DNA of 64,000 nucleotides, from NCBI GenBank assembly GCA_041740355.1, contig JBGSMD010000002.1, positions 1 through 64,000 on the forward strand, written 5' to 3'. Position numbers and translations under genes: made by a program. The notes below the pieces were generated by a model. That model was given only the letters and a program-made list of their open reading frames with translations. It did no database searches and was not told where the DNA came from. Shown in pieces: positions 61,068-64,000 of the stretch (positions are counted from its first letter, which is position 1; the number at the start of each line of letters is the position of its first letter). The DNA comes from Bdellovibrionota bacterium (GTDB lineage Bacteria; Bdellovibrionota_C; UBA2361; CALJRW01).

Positions 61068-61901
61068 ATGGCTATAAAAAGAGAACGTTCCAATTACCTA
61101 ATTCAGTCTGTTAAGCATGCAACAGAAGTACTTGAAGCCTTAGCAAATGCCAAAGATGAAGTTGGTATTACATCACTCTCTAAGCAACTAGGACTTCATA
61201 AAAATAATGTTTTTAGACTACTAGCAACTCTTAGCTTGCAAGGTTTAGTTCAACAAAATCCAAAATCAGAAGATTATTCGCTGGGACCTGCTTGCTTAAA
61301 GCTAGGCCAATCTTATCTTTTAAATAGTGATTTAATTTCTCGAATCAGACCATATATCCAAGAGTTAAATGAAAATATTGATGAAACAGTTAGCTTTGCT
61401 AGATTAATCAATAATTTGGTTCATTTTCCAATTTCTATTTCATCTAAGTCGGCCGTTGCTGTTTCCCCTCGTGTTGCAAAATCACTAAAAGCAGAGAATT
61501 GTGCTGTTGGCCGTTTATTAATGTCCAAAGAATCTGATCTTAGTAACCAACGAGATAATAAGATTTTAAATTTAAAAGATATCGAGCACTGCTCTGACTC
61601 AGGTCAACTTGATAAGGATGTCTTTACTGTTTGCATGATTGTTCGAGGTATTGCCAATGCCCCAATCGGCGCAATTGAGATTCAAGCACCAATGTATCGT
61701 GCAAGTCACGACTCAATTATGAAGCAATTAGATAAAACCGTTAAGGCGATTAACAATTGTTTTTCTGTGGATAATGTTGCTTCCAACTTAAAACTTAGCC
61801 AGCAAATCCAGACTGAGGTTCTTAAAAATCAGATAAACCCTCCGCAAATTTCCTCTGCGGAGGGCGAGCGTAATCTTGGCGTTAGACAAGTTACGCCGTA
61901 G
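61068..61901 (+). CDS. IclR-family transcriptional regulator
   Basis: IQSV.HA..VLE, LSKQLGLHKNNVFRLLATL HTH; last ~22 codons come from repeat family B. Confidence 0.87.
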   Translation: MAIKRERSNYLIQSVKHATEVLEALANAKDEVGITSLSKQLGLHKNNVFRLLATLSLQGLVQQNPKSEDYSLGPACLKLGQSYLLNSDLISRIRPYIQELNENIDETVSFARLINNLVHFPISISSKSAVAVSPRVAKSLKAENCAVGRLLMSKESDLSNQRDNKILNLKDIEHCSDSGQLDKDVFTVCMIVRGIANAPIGAIEIQAPMYRASHDSIMKQLDKTVKAINNCFSVDNVASNLKLSQQIQTEVLKNQINPPQISSAEGERNLGVRQVTP

Positions 61902-62006
61902 AAGAATAACCAATGCTCACCGCGGATTTGCCTCGGGTTTAGTATTATTTTCTACGGCAAAACCTGTTTTTTCATTTTTTATCAAAAAGAATAGGCGGTG
62001 AGTATA
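61832..62006 (+). ncRNA. Structured repeat family B, copy 2 (lacks an internal ~30 nt)
   Basis: GATAAACCCTCCGCA...TGCGGAGGGCGAGCGTAATCTTGGC...GTTACGCCGTAGAAGA...CTACGGCAAAACCTGT...CGGTGAGTATA; homologous to 40940-41143. Confidence 0.65.
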
Positions 62007-62925
62007 AATTCAGAGCAATCTGTAAACCTTTAGGTTCTTCTGGTAATCGATCTTTCAATACTAATTCGATGATCTGCTTACCCAAGATCCTTTGATCGAT
62101 TCCAATTACTTTCCAAAATCTATGATTAGTTAATTTGCGTTTATTCCGTAAGAAACGATTAATTTGACTTTGGTAACCAGAATTAATTAAAAAGTCTACT
62201 GTGATTAATGACTGGGCATAGGCTACTGGTATTATACTACTTGGAAGTCTTGTAAACCCTGACTGAAGTTTGTTAAAATCAATTAATTGCTTATCAGATA
62301 ACCATTCAGTAAGAACAGATTTAAGTAAATGATGTTCCTGCTCTTCAATTAATTGAGCAATACCTTCATCTAACCAACCAGGACAATTATTATTACTTAA
62401 ACTTGCTGTCAGAGCATGAGCAAATTCATGGTTTAAAATCTTAAGTAAGTTAAACGGTGATTGCATCTCTTTAACTGGTATTAAAATTTGATTCTTGTAG
62501 TATAAAGCATTGGTCCACTGGGGAGCTCTAGTTATTTGATAAAATGTCTCAGGAGTAAGAAGTTTGATTTTGAGCTTGAATAACGGAACATCCCCAAATT
62601 GTGACTGATAACTAATTAACTGCTTTTCTAAATGTATCGGTAACAAGCTAGCCAAATTTTCGAAACTTGATTGATAGCTAAGGCTGATTCTTGCTTGATT
62701 ACTAAGCAAGAAGCTTTTTTTAAGTATCTTTAATTTTAATGGCCTAGTCGTATGATGTGATAAGTTAACAGATCTTCCAATTGGAACTTCAGCTGTAACT
62801 ATTAAATTAAAGGCAAAAAAGACCCCAAAAAAGAAAAGATAAAATGTGCTGTGCCTACAAAAGTGCGTTTGAACCATGAACAGATTTCGACAATTTGAAC
62901 CAATTTCTTGAGCACTTATTGCCAA
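61972..62925 (-). CDS. Peptidase MA-family zinc metalloprotease-like protein
   Basis: HEFAH plus PGWLDEGIAQ gluzincin motif, AYAQS; start uncertain. Confidence 0.75.
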   Translation of the reverse strand: MAISAQEIGSNCRNLFMVQTHFCRHSTFYLFFFGVFFAFNLIVTAEVPIGRSVNLSHHTTRPLKLKILKKSFLLSNQARISLSYQSSFENLASLLPIHLEKQLISYQSQFGDVPLFKLKIKLLTPETFYQITRAPQWTNALYYKNQILIPVKEMQSPFNLLKILNHEFAHALTASLSNNNCPGWLDEGIAQLIEEQEHHLLKSVLTEWLSDKQLIDFNKLQSGFTRLPSSIIPVAYAQSLITVDFLINSGYQSQINRFLRNKRKLTNHRFWKVIGIDQRILGKQIIELVLKDRLPEEPKGLQIALNLYSPPILFDKK

Positions 62926-62995
62926 GTGAGGTAGATTTTCATATAATGGAAAGATAGATCCAAAGAGTTTAATTTAATAATTTTTGTATAAAGTC

Positions 62996-63370
62996 ATGGA
63001 AAATACCGCATCAAATAATAACGAAGAATTCAAGGCTAGTGATGAAATGCCAATAATGGTAACAGAAGCTGCTGTAAAAGCAGCACTTAATGCTATAAAA
63101 GAAGAAGGGGAAGAAGGCGATGGGCTGAGAGTTTCCGTCATGGGCGGAGGATGTTCGGGTCTGTCTTATAACCTTGATTTTGATCAAGAAGAAAGAATGG
63201 GAGACCTGGTTCTAGAGTTTTCTGGATTAAAAGTTTACTTAGATGCTGCAAGCTTAAGTCACCTTAAAGGTACTACAATTGACTATGTCACAGGTTTAAA
63301 TGGCGCAGGATTTAAATTTCACAACCCAAATGCCGTTCGTACATGTGGTTGCGGAAATTCTTTTAACTAA
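62996..63370 (+). CDS. A-type Fe-S carrier (IscA/ErpA, HesB family)
   Basis: GGGCSGLSY, GTTIDY, NPNA..TCGCGNSF; ATG 62996 preferred over TTG 62984. Confidence 0.93.
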   Translation: MENTASNNNEEFKASDEMPIMVTEAAVKAALNAIKEEGEEGDGLRVSVMGGGCSGLSYNLDFDQEERMGDLVLEFSGLKVYLDAASLSHLKGTTIDYVTGLNGAGFKFHNPNAVRTCGCGNSFN

Positions 63371-63402
63371 GACTCCTTAGCAATTCTAATTAACACAATA
63401 TA

Positions 63403-63882
63403 ATGGTGCAAAGACTTTTTATTCTAACATTAGTCTTTGCACTTAGTTCCTGTTCATCATCTGCTAGCAAAGAGAATTCTTGGCATTATGCCGAACAAGT
63501 AAATGAAACCCTCAACGTAAAAGGCAAATCTTACCAAATTATAGATTCCGAAACCGAAAATCTTTTAGTAGTCAAAGCGACTAAAACAAGTTTTAAACTG
63601 GATCCATTGCAAGATACTCAAGCTTGGGAGAGGCTTTCATTCTATTATCAATTCTATTTAGCTTCTTCTCAAAATTTAAAAAAAGATCAATTAGAAGTAA
63701 AAAGCACCGAAGGAAACTTCGAATATTATATTTCCAGAAAGTATAACGAAGACTTGTCCGCTAATTATCTAATTAAAGTGATTGATCTGAGGATCAAACA
63801 GATAACTGAAGAGTCCAAATTAAAGGCTAAAAATCTTGCTCGCTTCCTTAAAGACGGAATATTGGATCAAAACCTTATTTAA
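63403..63882 (+). CDS. Putative lipoprotein
   Basis: MVQRLFILTLVFALSSC lipobox. Confidence 0.65.
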   Translation: MVQRLFILTLVFALSSCSSSASKENSWHYAEQVNETLNVKGKSYQIIDSETENLLVVKATKTSFKLDPLQDTQAWERLSFYYQFYLASSQNLKKDQLEVKSTEGNFEYYISRKYNEDLSANYLIKVIDLRIKQITEESKLKAKNLARFLKDGILDQNLI

Positions 63883-63998
63883 AGGTTTAAACACTCTAAA
63901 TCAGCAATTCTTTTTTCTAAAATGTTCGTAAAATTACCCCAAATTAAGGCCTTAGAATATTTCTTTTTATTTTGAATCCATTTCCAGTTCTTTGAATA
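63879..63998 (-). CDS. Possible 3' end of a gene entering from beyond the window
   Basis: Open frame YSKNWKWIQ...ADLECLNL* running to the window edge; its stop overlaps that of the lipoprotein gene. Confidence 0.3.
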   Translation of the reverse strand, partial: YSKNWKWIQNKKKYSKALIWGNFTNILEKRIADLECLNL

Positions 63999-64000
63999 GC

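Overview
AT-rich bacterial chromosome segment. The gene content (Tad pseudopilins, pyrR-pyrBC-carAB, long RpoD) suggests a deltaproteobacterial/Bdellovibrionota-like lineage; this is inference only. The right half is mostly housekeeping: coaD, aspC, ndk, rlmN, etfBA, tRNA-Gln-prs-rplY-pth-rpsF-rplI and pyrR-pyrB-pyrC-carA-carB-greA-dnaG-rpoD. The left half is more accessory: a DUF58/transglutaminase/TPR/MoxR operon, a 1467-aa low-complexity protein, two unrelated TadE-TadE-TadG cassettes without pilus machinery, and two hybrid kinases. The most striking unannotated signal is non-coding. Family A is a ~146-bp TATAG...CTATA MITE-like element in 3 copies (1-141, 21841-21987, 33321-33466) with nested hairpins and ends that co-vary within a copy. 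Family B is a ~175-204-nt highly structured element in 2 copies (40940-41143, 61832-62006) whose central loop is complementary to both of its own termini, with compensatory changes; one copy supplies the stop codons of two convergent genes. A third, degenerate REP-like family is also present. No transposase is in the window. Other oddities are a Ski2/HelY helicase split into two genes, an MlaF-like ABC ATPase lacking its catalytic Glu and His, and rpsR missing between rpsF and rplI. All alignments and folds were done by eye.
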